DNA from: Pseudomonadota bacterium
GTDB taxonomy: Bacteria > Pseudomonadota > Gammaproteobacteria > Burkholderiales > Burkholderiaceae_C
Length of the DNA: 64,000 nucleotides
NCBI GenBank assembly: GCA_023442945.1
Contig: JAEZWW010000048.1
Location: 856 to 64,855 of the forward strand
Direction of reading: 5' to 3'
Position numbers and translations under genes: made by a program. Under the pieces are notes generated by a model, which was not told where the DNA came from, ran no database searches, and saw nothing but the letters and a program-made list of their open reading frames with translations. Positions 50,050-57,996 of the stretch are shown here, piece after piece; positions within the stretch are counted from its first letter, which is position 1; every line of letters begins with the position of its first letter.

Positions 50050-50345
50050 GTCAACTGTCTCCTGTGAAGCTCGGCACCACGGTGCAACGGCTACAACCTG
50101 GTATCCAGCGAATGAAGCAGTACCCTTTTCATTCGCACCGTGCCCTGTTTTTGGCTTTCTTGGGCGATGTGGTCAGGGCACCCGTTCCTGACCGATGCCC
50201 TGCTCAAAGGCGGCGATTGTAGCCACCTCCTTCGAGCCTGGGGAATCGGCGGGCACCGTGGCAAACCCGTAACCGTTCATTTTGGCCGAATCTGCCGCCC
50301 AATGCACCCCTTCACCGCCCGCCCTGGGCCGAACGGCCCGCGCCA

Positions 50346-51425
50346 TCACACCAAACACTGCTCCAGTCCCTGCAGCAGGATGTCCTGCGGCAGGTCGATG
50401 CCGATGAACACCATCTTGGACACGCGCGCCTCGCCCTCGGCCCAGGCCGGGCCCAGATCGCTGCCCATCAGCTGGTGCACTCCCTGGAAGATCACCTTGC
50501 GCTCCGTCCCCTTCATCCACAGCACGCCCTTGTAGCGCAGCATGCGCGGGCCGTAGATGTTGACGATGGCGCCCAGGAAGTCTTCTAGCTTGGCCGGGTC
50601 CAGTGCGCGCTCGGTGCGGAAAACGAAGCTTTTGACGTCGTCGTCCACATGGTGGTGGTGGGCGTGGCCATCGCCGTGGCCGTGCTTGTGCGAGGGGTGG
50701 TCGCAGTGCTCGCCATGTTCGTGGTCATGGCCGTGGTGGTGATCGTGATCGTGGTCGTGCGCCTCTTCTTCCTTCAGAAAGTCGGGGTCAATGTCCAGCT
50801 TGGCGTTCAGGTTGAAGCCGCGCAGGTCGAACACGTCCTTGATCGGCACCTCGCCAAAATGGACCACGCGCTGCGGCGCGCGCGGGTTCATGTGCTTCAG
50901 GCGGTGCTGCAGCGCGTCCAGCGACTCGGCGTCCACCAGATCGGCCTTGCTGATGAAGATCTGGTCGGCAAAGCCCACCTGGCGCTGCGCTTCCACGCGG
51001 TGGTTCAGCTGCTCGGCCGCGTGCTTGGCGTCGACCAGGGTGACGATGGCGTCCAGCAGGTACGCCTCGGCGATCTCGTCGTCCATGAAGAAGGTCTGCG
51101 CCACCGGGCCCGGGTCGGCCACGCCGGTGGTTTCGATCACCACGCGCTCAAAGTCCAGATCGCCCTTGCGCTTCTTGGCAGCCAGGTCGGCCAGCGTGGC
51201 GCGCAGGTCTTCGCGGATGGTGCAGCAGATGCAGCCATTGCTCATCTGGATGATCTGCTCCTCGCGGTCGTTCACGAGGATGTCGTTGTCGATGTTTTCT
51301 TCACCGAACTCGTTCTCGATCACGGCGATCTTCTGGCCGTGCGCTTCGGTCAGCACGCGCTTGAGCAGCGTGGTTTTGCCGGCGCCAAGAAAGCCGGTGA
51401 GGATGGTGACGGGGATGAGGGCCAT
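50346..51425 (-). CDS. COG0523 family GTPase metallochaperone (CobW/YjiA/ZigA-like) with His-rich insert
   Basis: P-loop GFLGAGKTTLL and the NGCICCT metal-binding motif. His-rich tract HDHDHDHHHGHDHEHGEHCDHPSHKHGHGDGHAHHHH. Start placed at ATG 51425. Confidence 0.9.
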   Translation of the reverse strand: MALIPVTILTGFLGAGKTTLLKRVLTEAHGQKIAVIENEFGEENIDNDILVNDREEQIIQMSNGCICCTIREDLRATLADLAAKKRKGDLDFERVVIETTGVADPGPVAQTFFMDDEIAEAYLLDAIVTLVDAKHAAEQLNHRVEAQRQVGFADQIFISKADLVDAESLDALQHRLKHMNPRAPQRVVHFGEVPIKDVFDLRGFNLNAKLDIDPDFLKEEEAHDHDHDHHHGHDHEHGEHCDHPSHKHGHGDGHAHHHHVDDDVKSFVFRTERALDPAKLEDFLGAIVNIYGPRMLRYKGVLWMKGTERKVIFQGVHQLMGSDLGPAWAEGEARVSKMVFIGIDLPQDILLQGLEQCLV

Positions 51426-51559
51426 GGGCGGGTCTGCGCGCCGCCAGCCGTGCGGCCGGGCGCGCCAAAGGCATTGAAAACACACAGTGTAGCCATTGGG
51501 CTTGATCGCAGCAGGCGGGCGGCGCGATGGCCTTATCGGCTTGCCCGCATTGGCCAATC

Positions 51560-51624
51560 GCTATGTTTTTCCTAGCTGTCCGCGCAATCTGCTGCAGGGC
51601 CAGAGGCCGATTTCTCTTGAAATC
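51560..51624 (+). repeat. REP-like intergenic imperfect palindrome, copy 10 (forward orientation)
   Basis: GCTAtgtttttccTAGCTGTCCGCGCAatctgCTGCAGGGCCAGAGGCCGATTTCtcttgaaatc. Confidence 0.75.
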
Positions 51625-51657
51625 TCGGCCTGGGCGCGGCCCACCGCGCGCGTGGCC

Positions 51658-52629
51658 TCAGCGCTTGCGCGCGCGCGGGTGCGCCGCGTCGTAGGCCTTG
51701 GCCAGGTGCTGGAAGTCCAGCCGCGTGTACACCTGCGTGGTGCCGATGTTGGCGTGGCCCAGCAATTCCTGCACCGCGCGCAAGTCGCCGCTGGACTGCA
51801 GCACGTGGCTGGCGAACGAATGGCGCAGCATGTGCGGGTGCACCGGCGTGGCCAGGCCCGCGCGCAGGCTGCGCCGGCGCAGGCGCTGCCAGACCGATTG
51901 CGCCGTCAGCCGCGTGCCGCGCTGGCCGATGAAGAGCGCGTGCGCCGCGTCCGGCGCCGTCACGCTGACCTGGTCGCGCACCGCCAGCCAGCGCGCCAGC
52001 GCCTCGGCCGCGGCGCTGCCCAATGGCACGGCGCGGCGCTTGCTGCCCTTGCCTTGCACGTGGATGTCGCCCGATTGCGCGTCAATCCAGCCGCGGCCGG
52101 CGCGCGCGGCTTGGTCGCTGGCGGCCACGTCCAGGCCGACCAGTTCGCCCACGCGCAGACCGGCGCCGTACAGCAGCTCGACCATGGCAGCGTCGCGTGC
52201 TTCCAGCCAGGGGCTGTCTTCGTCGTCGCTGTGGTCGGCCAGGTGCATGGCCTCGTCCACACCCAGCGCCTTGGGCAGCGGCCGCGCCTGCTTGGGCGCG
52301 CGCACGTCCTGCACCGGGTTGGCGCTGATCAGCCCTTCGCGCCCCAGCCAGGCGAAAAAACCGCGCCAGCCCGACAGAATCAACCCGATGCCACGCCCGC
52401 TGCGCCCGCCTGCGTGCATGTGCGCGACCCAGCGGCGCACGTGGTGGTTCTGCACCGCCGCCAGCGTCACGCCCGCCTGCGCGGCCGACGCCGCCAGCTT
52501 TTCCAGGTCCAGCGTGTACAGCGTGACGGTGCGCTCGGCCAGGCGCTTTTCAACCTGCACATGCTGCAGGTAGCGCGCGATCAAGGCCTGATCGGCGTCG
52601 GACAAAAGGGGCGTGACATCGGCAGACAT
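51658..52629 (-). CDS. xerC: tyrosine recombinase XerC
   Basis: HPHMLRHSFASHVL...LLGHANIGTTQVYT. The dapF-DUF484-xerC arrangement is conserved. Start placed at ATG 52629; the track ORF begins at TTG 52638. Confidence 0.93.
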   Translation of the reverse strand: MSADVTPLLSDADQALIARYLQHVQVEKRLAERTVTLYTLDLEKLAASAAQAGVTLAAVQNHHVRRWVAHMHAGGRSGRGIGLILSGWRGFFAWLGREGLISANPVQDVRAPKQARPLPKALGVDEAMHLADHSDDEDSPWLEARDAAMVELLYGAGLRVGELVGLDVAASDQAARAGRGWIDAQSGDIHVQGKGSKRRAVPLGSAAAEALARWLAVRDQVSVTAPDAAHALFIGQRGTRLTAQSVWQRLRRRSLRAGLATPVHPHMLRHSFASHVLQSSGDLRAVQELLGHANIGTTQVYTRLDFQHLAKAYDAAHPRARKR

Positions 52630-52679
52630 GCTAGCCAAATCATAGCTGCTCGCGCAGATTCCGCCTAGGCCAGCGTGAC
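52630..52679 (+). repeat. REP-like element, copy 11 (forward orientation), abutting the xerC start codon
   Basis: GCTAgccaaatcaTAGCTGCTCGCGCAGATtccgCCTAGGCCAGCGtgac. Confidence 0.7.
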
Positions 52680-52816
52680 AAAACGCCTCAAATCATCCAC
52701 CACACCGCGCCACGCATGCCTTGCGCACGGATGCGATCCGCACACGGTGCCAGTTGACCACGGCGCCCGCCTGCACGGGCCAGAACGCCCGTGGCGCGCC
52801 GCGCCGCAGCGCCAGC

Positions 52817-53497
52817 TCAGACGTCCCGCACGCGCGACAGCGCGGCGCTGGCCAGCTCGGCGATCCGCTCCAGAAAATCGGTCGCCATGCCGGCCTGGTA
52901 GCGCTGGCTGTCGGGCGAGGCCAGCACCAGCAGGCCGAACGCTGGCGCGGTGGCGCTGGCGCGCAGCGGGATCAGCGAGATGGACGCGGCGGCTTCCGGG
53001 TCGTCCAGCCACTGCACGGCGTCGAAGCCGGAATTCACGCCGCAGTACGGCGTGGTCAGCGACGAGGCCAGACTTTGGATGTCTTCGCTCGCGCCCTGGG
53101 CGAAGGGCTCGTCGGCGTAGACCTCGGCCACGTCCCACAGCTTGAGCGCGGCCTGCGGCACGCTGAACTGGCTTTTGATCTCGGCGATCAGCACCGCCGG
53201 CAAATCGACCGGGCGCGCCACCAGGAACAGCTGACGCGACCAGCGCTGCAGCTTGTCGCCGATCAGCATGTTCTCGTTGCCGTGGCGCATCATTTCCATC
53301 AAGCGCTGCTCCAGCACCTTGATCTTCTCGCGCAGCATCTCCGCCTGGCGCTCCTGCAGGCTGACCGCGCGGCCGCCATGCGGGCTGGTCAGTTGCACGG
53401 CGCCCAGCAGGTCGGCGTTGCGCTCAAAAAAATCGGGCGTGTGCACCAGAAACTGGGCGATGTCGGCTTCGGTGATGGGGGTAACGGGCTCAGTCAT
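52817..53497 (-). CDS. DUF484 family protein
   Basis: 226 aa from ATG 53497. It has a GAF-like C-terminal half and occupies the conserved position between dapF and xerC. Confidence 0.8.
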   Translation of the reverse strand: MTEPVTPITEADIAQFLVHTPDFFERNADLLGAVQLTSPHGGRAVSLQERQAEMLREKIKVLEQRLMEMMRHGNENMLIGDKLQRWSRQLFLVARPVDLPAVLIAEIKSQFSVPQAALKLWDVAEVYADEPFAQGASEDIQSLASSLTTPYCGVNSGFDAVQWLDDPEAAASISLIPLRASATAPAFGLLVLASPDSQRYQAGMATDFLERIAELASAALSRVRDV

Positions 53498-53507
53498 ATC
53501 AATCAAC

Positions 53508-53559
53508 CATAGCATTGCGCGCAACGGGCAACGCGCAGGTTCTTAGAGGGCCGGTGGCC
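53508..53559 (+). repeat. possible degenerate REP-like copy with internal duplication
   Basis: cATAGCattgCGCGCAacgggcaaCGCGCAGgttctTAGAGGGCCGGTGGCC. The core words are present but interrupted. Confidence 0.3.
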
Positions 53560-53674
53560 GCGGACCCGGCCGCGCCTGCGGCCGCCGCGGATGGGCGTGC
53601 ACCGGCCGCAGGCGGCGCCCCCGCGAGAGGGGTGGCGCAACTGCGCGCAGCGCGTGGAGCCTGGGGGCGGGCCA

Positions 53675-54586
53675 TCAGTCCGGGACGTCGGCTTCGCCTT
53701 CAAACACGGTGACGGCAGGGCCGCTCATGCGCACCGCGTCGTGCTCGGCGCCGCCCCATTCGATGGTCAGCAGGCCGCCGCGCGTGTGGACGTCGACCCG
53801 CGTCTCCAGCAGGCCCAGGCGGATGCCCGCGACCACCGCCGCGCAGGCGCCGGTGCCGCAGGCCAGGGTTTCGCCGGCGGCGCGTTCGTACACGCGCAGG
53901 CGGATCTGCCCGCGGTCGACGATCTGCATGAAGCCGGCGTTCACCCGTTCCGGGAAGGCCGGGTGCGATTCGATCAGCGGACCCTGTTGGGCAACGGGCG
54001 CGGTGTCCACATCGTCCACCAGCTGCACCGCGTGCGGGTTGCCCATGGACAGAACCGCTACGTTAACCATAGCTGGTTGCGCAGTTTTGACCAGGGCAAA
54101 CGCCTGATCTTCCACCACATTCGGGTCCAGCGGCAGCGGCCACAGCTGCCAGCCGCCGTCGGACACGGGCGCCAGGCCGCGCGTGTCAAAGGGCACGCGC
54201 GCCAAATCAAAAATGGGTGCGCCCATGTCCACGGTGACGCGGCCGTCGGCGCCTTCGGTCAACTCCAGCACGCCGTGCTTTACCTTGACGCGCACGGTGG
54301 ATTTGTCGGTCAGTCCGTGCTGGCGCACGTAGCGCACAAAGCAACGCGCGCCGTTGCCGCAGTGCTGCACCTCGCCGCCGTCGGCGCCGTTGTGGATGAC
54401 GTATTCAAAGTCCACGTCCGACGTGGGCGCGGGGCGCACCGTCAGGATCTGGTCGGCGCCGATGCCGAAGTGCCGATCGCCCAGCCAGCGGTACTGCGCC
54501 GGCGTCAGGCCCAGGCGGCCGCCGGTCTCGTCCAGCACGACGAAGTCGTTGCCGACGCCCTGCATTTTGGTGAAGCGAATGTGCAT
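53675..54586 (-). CDS. dapF: diaminopimelate epimerase
   Basis: [19 protein letters not shown]. The two catalytic Cys motifs are HCGNGARC and ACGTGACA. The track ORF extends far upstream. Confidence 0.95.
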   Translation of the reverse strand: MHIRFTKMQGVGNDFVVLDETGGRLGLTPAQYRWLGDRHFGIGADQILTVRPAPTSDVDFEYVIHNGADGGEVQHCGNGARCFVRYVRQHGLTDKSTVRVKVKHGVLELTEGADGRVTVDMGAPIFDLARVPFDTRGLAPVSDGGWQLWPLPLDPNVVEDQAFALVKTAQPAMVNVAVLSMGNPHAVQLVDDVDTAPVAQQGPLIESHPAFPERVNAGFMQIVDRGQIRLRVYERAAGETLACGTGACAAVVAGIRLGLLETRVDVHTRGGLLTIEWGGAEHDAVRMSGPAVTVFEGEADVPD

Positions 54587-54646
54587 GCCGGAATTATCCC
54601 CGTATCCTCGGCCGTGTCGCTCTCCCACCCTCGAAAGGCCCGCCGC

Positions 54647-55201
54647 ATGCGCATTCCCGACTGGACGCCCGAAGCCCACCCGCAACCCGCTGAACTGGTC
54701 AACGCGATCCGCGCGCGCCGCGGCGGCGAGCTGATCAACCTGGACAAGGCCTTGCTGTGGAGCGAGCCGCTGGCGCGCGGCTGGAACGTGTACCTGAAAG
54801 CCGTGCGCAGCGAGCTGCCGACCAGCCTGCGTCTGCGCGAATTGGCGATCTGCACCGTCGCCCTGCTGACCGGGGCGCACTACGAATACCACCACCACGC
54901 GCCCGACTTCCTGAAAGCCGGCGGCACCCAGGCCGAGCTGGACGCGCTGCAGCGCGTGGTCAAGGCCGACGCCCGCCGCAGCGCCGCCGACCCGGCGCTG
55001 GGCGCTCTGGAGCAGCTGGTCATCCGCTACGCCGCGCAGATGACGCTGGATGTGAAGGTGGAAGACGCCGTGTTCGACGCGCTGCGCACGCACTTCGACA
55101 CCACCCAGCTGGTCGAGCTGACCAGCGCCATCGCCACCTACAACATGGTGGCGCGTTTTCTGGTGGCGCTCGGCGTGTCGCCGGAGGGCGAAGCGGCCTG
55201 A
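54647..55201 (+). CDS. carboxymuconolactone decarboxylase family (AhpD-like) protein
   Basis: 184 aa from ATG 54647, containing [22 protein letters not shown]. Divergent from dapF. Confidence 0.8.
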   Translation: MRIPDWTPEAHPQPAELVNAIRARRGGELINLDKALLWSEPLARGWNVYLKAVRSELPTSLRLRELAICTVALLTGAHYEYHHHAPDFLKAGGTQAELDALQRVVKADARRSAADPALGALEQLVIRYAAQMTLDVKVEDAVFDALRTHFDTTQLVELTSAIATYNMVARFLVALGVSPEGEAA

Positions 55202-55230
55202 CGCGCTAGGCAAACGTGCACCAGATACTC

Positions 55231-55290
55231 TTGATTTGATAGCTGGCCGCGCAGATCCTTCTAGGGCTGCAGGACAGTTTTGTTTGAAAC
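55231..55290 (+). repeat. REP-like intergenic imperfect palindrome, copy 12 (forward orientation)
   Basis: ttgatttGATAGCTGGCCGCGCAGATccttCTAGGGCTGCAGGacagttttgtttgaaac. Confidence 0.8.
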
Positions 55291-55332
55291 AGCGCATCCG
55301 CAGCGGCTTTCACCACCGCGCGCCGCACACGC

Positions 55333-56148
55333 TCAACCGCCCTGCTGCGCGACCAGGGCTTTGATGGCCTGAACGGCGCTGCCGATCGCGTCCGACTGCC
55401 ACGGCGCGCGGTCCGGCGCGGCTTCGCCCAGGTACTCGGCGCGCGCTTGCGCCATCACGGCTTGGGCGGCGACGGGCAGGTGCGGCAGCGCCCAGTCGGC
55501 GGCCACGTCCTTGCTGGTGAACTGGCCGGTGGCGGCGCTGCAGCCGATGCGCGCCAGGGTCAGCAGCACGTTGCGTTCATCGCCCTGCCAGTCGGCGGCG
55601 GTGTGCCACAGCGCCAGCGCGGCGGCCATGGCGCGCCGGACGTCGGCCACAGGCACCGGGGCGAACAGCGCCGCCGCCGCGGGCCCGCGCAGGGCCACGC
55701 TGTGCGCACGCAACTGGGTGATCAGGATGGCGAGGTCGGGGTCGGCCTGCGGCGCTTCAAAACGGCCGGCGCCCAGCTCGCCCCGCAGCCATTCGCCGAA
55801 CTGCAGCTCGCGCCTCGGCGCGTAACGCCAGGGCTGGACTTCGGGCAGGGCCAGCACCGTGACTTCGAGCGCGCGGCGGCCTGCGTCCTGCCCCGGCGGC
55901 GCCGACACGGCCAGCAGCGCTGGCATCAGCGCGCGGCGCGTGGCCTCGGGCAAGGGGCGATCGACGGTGGCCATCAGGTCGATGTCGCTGAGCGGCCGCA
56001 GGCCGCCCGGCTCCACGGCCGAACCGTACAAGTGCAGCGCGACCAGCGCGTCGCCCAGGTGCTGCACGATCACCTCGGTGGCCGTCTGGACCTGGGCGGC
56101 GATGGCGGGTGGGATGGGCGCGGTCACCGATCGGTCGCCTCTACCCAA
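55333..56148 (-). CDS. aminoglycoside nucleotidyltransferase family protein, ANT(3'')/AadA-like (nucleotidyltransferase domain + DUF4111)
   Basis: Collinear with AadA: LHLYGSAVEPGGLRPLSDIDL, RRELQFGEW, DPDLAILITQLRAHSVAL, WQGDERNVLLTLARI and SKDVAADWA. The start is TTG 56148 or GTG 56127. Confidence 0.85.
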   Translation of the reverse strand: MGRGDRSVTAPIPPAIAAQVQTATEVIVQHLGDALVALHLYGSAVEPGGLRPLSDIDLMATVDRPLPEATRRALMPALLAVSAPPGQDAGRRALEVTVLALPEVQPWRYAPRRELQFGEWLRGELGAGRFEAPQADPDLAILITQLRAHSVALRGPAAAALFAPVPVADVRRAMAAALALWHTAADWQGDERNVLLTLARIGCSAATGQFTSKDVAADWALPHLPVAAQAVMAQARAEYLGEAAPDRAPWQSDAIGSAVQAIKALVAQQGG

Positions 56149-56160
56149 GGACCCACCTTT

Positions 56161-56216
56161 GCTATCAACTCAATAGCTGCTCGCGCAGATGGTTGTAGGG
56201 CCAGCAACCGATTTCC
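56161..56216 (+). repeat. REP-like intergenic imperfect palindrome, copy 13 (forward orientation)
   Basis: GCTATcaactcaATAGCTGCTCGCGCAGATGGTTGTAGGGCCAGCAACCGATTTCC. Confidence 0.8.
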
Positions 56217-56235
56217 CGTAAAACTCGCCAACCCA

Positions 56236-56925
56236 TCAAGCGCGCGATTCGCCCGCCACCGCGCGGTAGACCACCGCACCGATCGCACCGCCGATGATGG
56301 GCGCGACCCAGAACAGCCACAGCTGGCTCAGCGCGCCGGTCTGCGCAAACAGCGCCACGCCGGTCGAGCGCGCCGGGTTGACGGAGGTGTTGGACACGGG
56401 GATGCTGATCAGGTGGATCAGCGTCAGGCACAGGCCGATGGCGATCGGCGCAAAGCCGGCCGGCGCACGCGCGTCGGTGGCGCCCATGATGACGAACAGG
56501 AACACCGCGGTCATCACGATTTCGCACACCAGCACGGCCAGCATGGAGTATTTGCCCGGCGACAACTCGCCGAAGCCGTTGCTGGCAAAGCCGCCCGGCT
56601 GCCAGCCGGCCTGGCCGCTGGCGATCACGTACAGCACGCCAGCCGCGGCGATGGCGCCGATCACCTGCATCACGATGTAGGGCACGACCTTGACGGCCGG
56701 AAAGCGGCCGCCGGCCCACAGGCCCACGGTCACCGCCGGGTTCAGGTGGCAGCCGGAGATATGGCCGATGGCAAAGGCCATGGTCAGCACCGTCAGACCA
56801 AAGGCCAGCGCCACGCCGACAAAGCCGATGCCCAGCTGCGGAAAGCCCGCGGCCAGCACCGCTGCCCCGCAACCGCCCAGCACCAGCCAGAACGTGCCAA
56901 TCAATTCGGCCACATACTTGTTCAT
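56236..56925 (-). CDS. aqpZ: aquaporin Z
   Basis: The ATG at 56925 is preceded by GAGGAGA. Two NPA motifs (HLNPAVT and SVNPARS). 229 aa. Confidence 0.95.
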   Translation of the reverse strand: MNKYVAELIGTFWLVLGGCGAAVLAAGFPQLGIGFVGVALAFGLTVLTMAFAIGHISGCHLNPAVTVGLWAGGRFPAVKVVPYIVMQVIGAIAAAGVLYVIASGQAGWQPGGFASNGFGELSPGKYSMLAVLVCEIVMTAVFLFVIMGATDARAPAGFAPIAIGLCLTLIHLISIPVSNTSVNPARSTGVALFAQTGALSQLWLFWVAPIIGGAIGAVVYRAVAGESRA

Positions 56926-57167
56926 GACGACTCTCCTCATTTCCCAGGGTAAAAAAGACGAGCGCATGCTACGCCGCGCATTCGGCCCGCCCATGACAGT
57001 GCGCAAGCGGCGTGCGGAATGTCATGGCGTTGTCGCAAACGCGCGACGCGTCTGCAAGCGGGTGTCTGTGGACGTGTCCATTCGTACGCGAGCGCGGGGC
57101 TGGAATGCGCTGCTTCGGCGGGCGCGGTCCGCACCACGCGCCGCGTGGCCCGTGCCGCGCTGAGCCC

Positions 57168-57851
57168 ATGGTCCGCCCTGCCCTGCCGCGCCTCGGTCTG
57201 GCCGACAGCCAGCGCCACGGCCCCGGCTGCGAGCTGTTGCTGGTCGAAGGCGAATCCGCCGCCGGCGCGGCGTCGGCCGTGCGCGCGCCCAGCACGCAGG
57301 CGGTGCTGCCTCTGCAGGGCAAGCCGCTCAACGCCTGGCGCGCATCGCCCGCGCGCGTGGCCGCCTTCCCTTGGTACGTGCAGCTGGCCGACGCGCTCGG
57401 CCTGCCCTCGCCCACCGCAGGCGACGCGCTGGACCCCGCCGCGCTGCGTTTCGAGCGCCTGGTGCTGCTGTTCGACCCCGACGCCGACGGTATCCACATC
57501 GGCGCGCTGGTGCTCTTGTATTTGCAGCGCTTCGCGCCCGCGCTGCTTGCGCAAGAACGCGTCTGGATGGTGCGCGCGCCGATGGCCGGCCTGCGCGTGG
57601 CCGCGCGTAACACGGGCGAAACCGAGGACGTTTGGGCCTACACGCCCGAGCAGGCGCGACAGCTGCGCGAACGCGCCGCCGCGCAAGCCGAGCGCTGGGT
57701 CGTGCTGCGCGATTGGGCCTTTCGCGGCTTGGCCAGCCTGCCGCCCGACGTGCTGCGCGCCACCTGCGTCGACCCCGCCACGCGCCACGCGGCGGTGGTC
57801 ACGCCCGCACAGGTGCAGGCGGTGATCGACGTGTTTGGCAGGGCAGGGTGA
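57168..57851 (+). CDS. stand-alone TOPRIM domain protein resembling the C-terminal half of GyrB/ParE
   Basis: LPRLGLADSQ...ELLLVEGESAAG (catalytic Glu), QAVLPLQGKPLNAW, LVLLFDPDADGIHIGALVLLYL (DxDxD) and FRGLASLPPDVLRATCVDPATR (GyrB tail motif). There is no GHKL ATPase or transducer domain. Start placed at ATG 57168, with no clear RBS. Confidence 0.7.
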   Translation: MVRPALPRLGLADSQRHGPGCELLLVEGESAAGAASAVRAPSTQAVLPLQGKPLNAWRASPARVAAFPWYVQLADALGLPSPTAGDALDPAALRFERLVLLFDPDADGIHIGALVLLYLQRFAPALLAQERVWMVRAPMAGLRVAARNTGETEDVWAYTPEQARQLRERAAAQAERWVVLRDWAFRGLASLPPDVLRATCVDPATRHAAVVTPAQVQAVIDVFGRAG

Positions 57852-57923
57852 GGCACGCACATTCGCCGCATGACGTCGTCCCGCCGCATGTGGGGGCGTT
57901 CATGTCACACACGGAAATACTCT

Positions 57924-57975
57924 TTTTTTGATAGCTGACCGCGCAGATGGATCTAGGGCCAGCGATCGATTTGAC
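57924..57975 (+). repeat. REP-like intergenic imperfect palindrome, copy 14 (forward orientation)
   Basis: tttttttGATAGCTGACCGCGCAGATGGATCTAGGGCCAGCGATCGATTTGac. Confidence 0.8.
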
Positions 57976-57996
57976 TTCAAAGCCAATCGACGTGGC

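Noticed and set aside
51426-51657. Zur box upstream of the COG0523 GTPase gene.
   Set aside because: No AT-rich palindrome resembling known Zur operators was visible by eye. This needs a PWM scan before any claim either way.
51658-52629. Tyrosine recombinase as a marker of an integrated island or prophage.
   Set aside because: The sequence and the conserved dapF-DUF484-xerC gene order identify it as housekeeping XerC. There are no phage genes, no tRNA attachment site and no direct repeats.
55202-56235. Integron cassette context (attC/59-be, attI, intI) around the aadA-like gene.
   Set aside because: No GTTRRRY core sites in the expected inverted arrangement and no integrase are present. The flanks are REP-like copies instead.
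2347-57975. Could the recurring 45-65-bp element be a CRISPR repeat or MITE/IS ends?
   Set aside because: The copies are solitary and scattered, not arrayed with spacers. No transposase or cas gene is present and no obvious target-site duplications were seen. A REP-like interpretation fits better.
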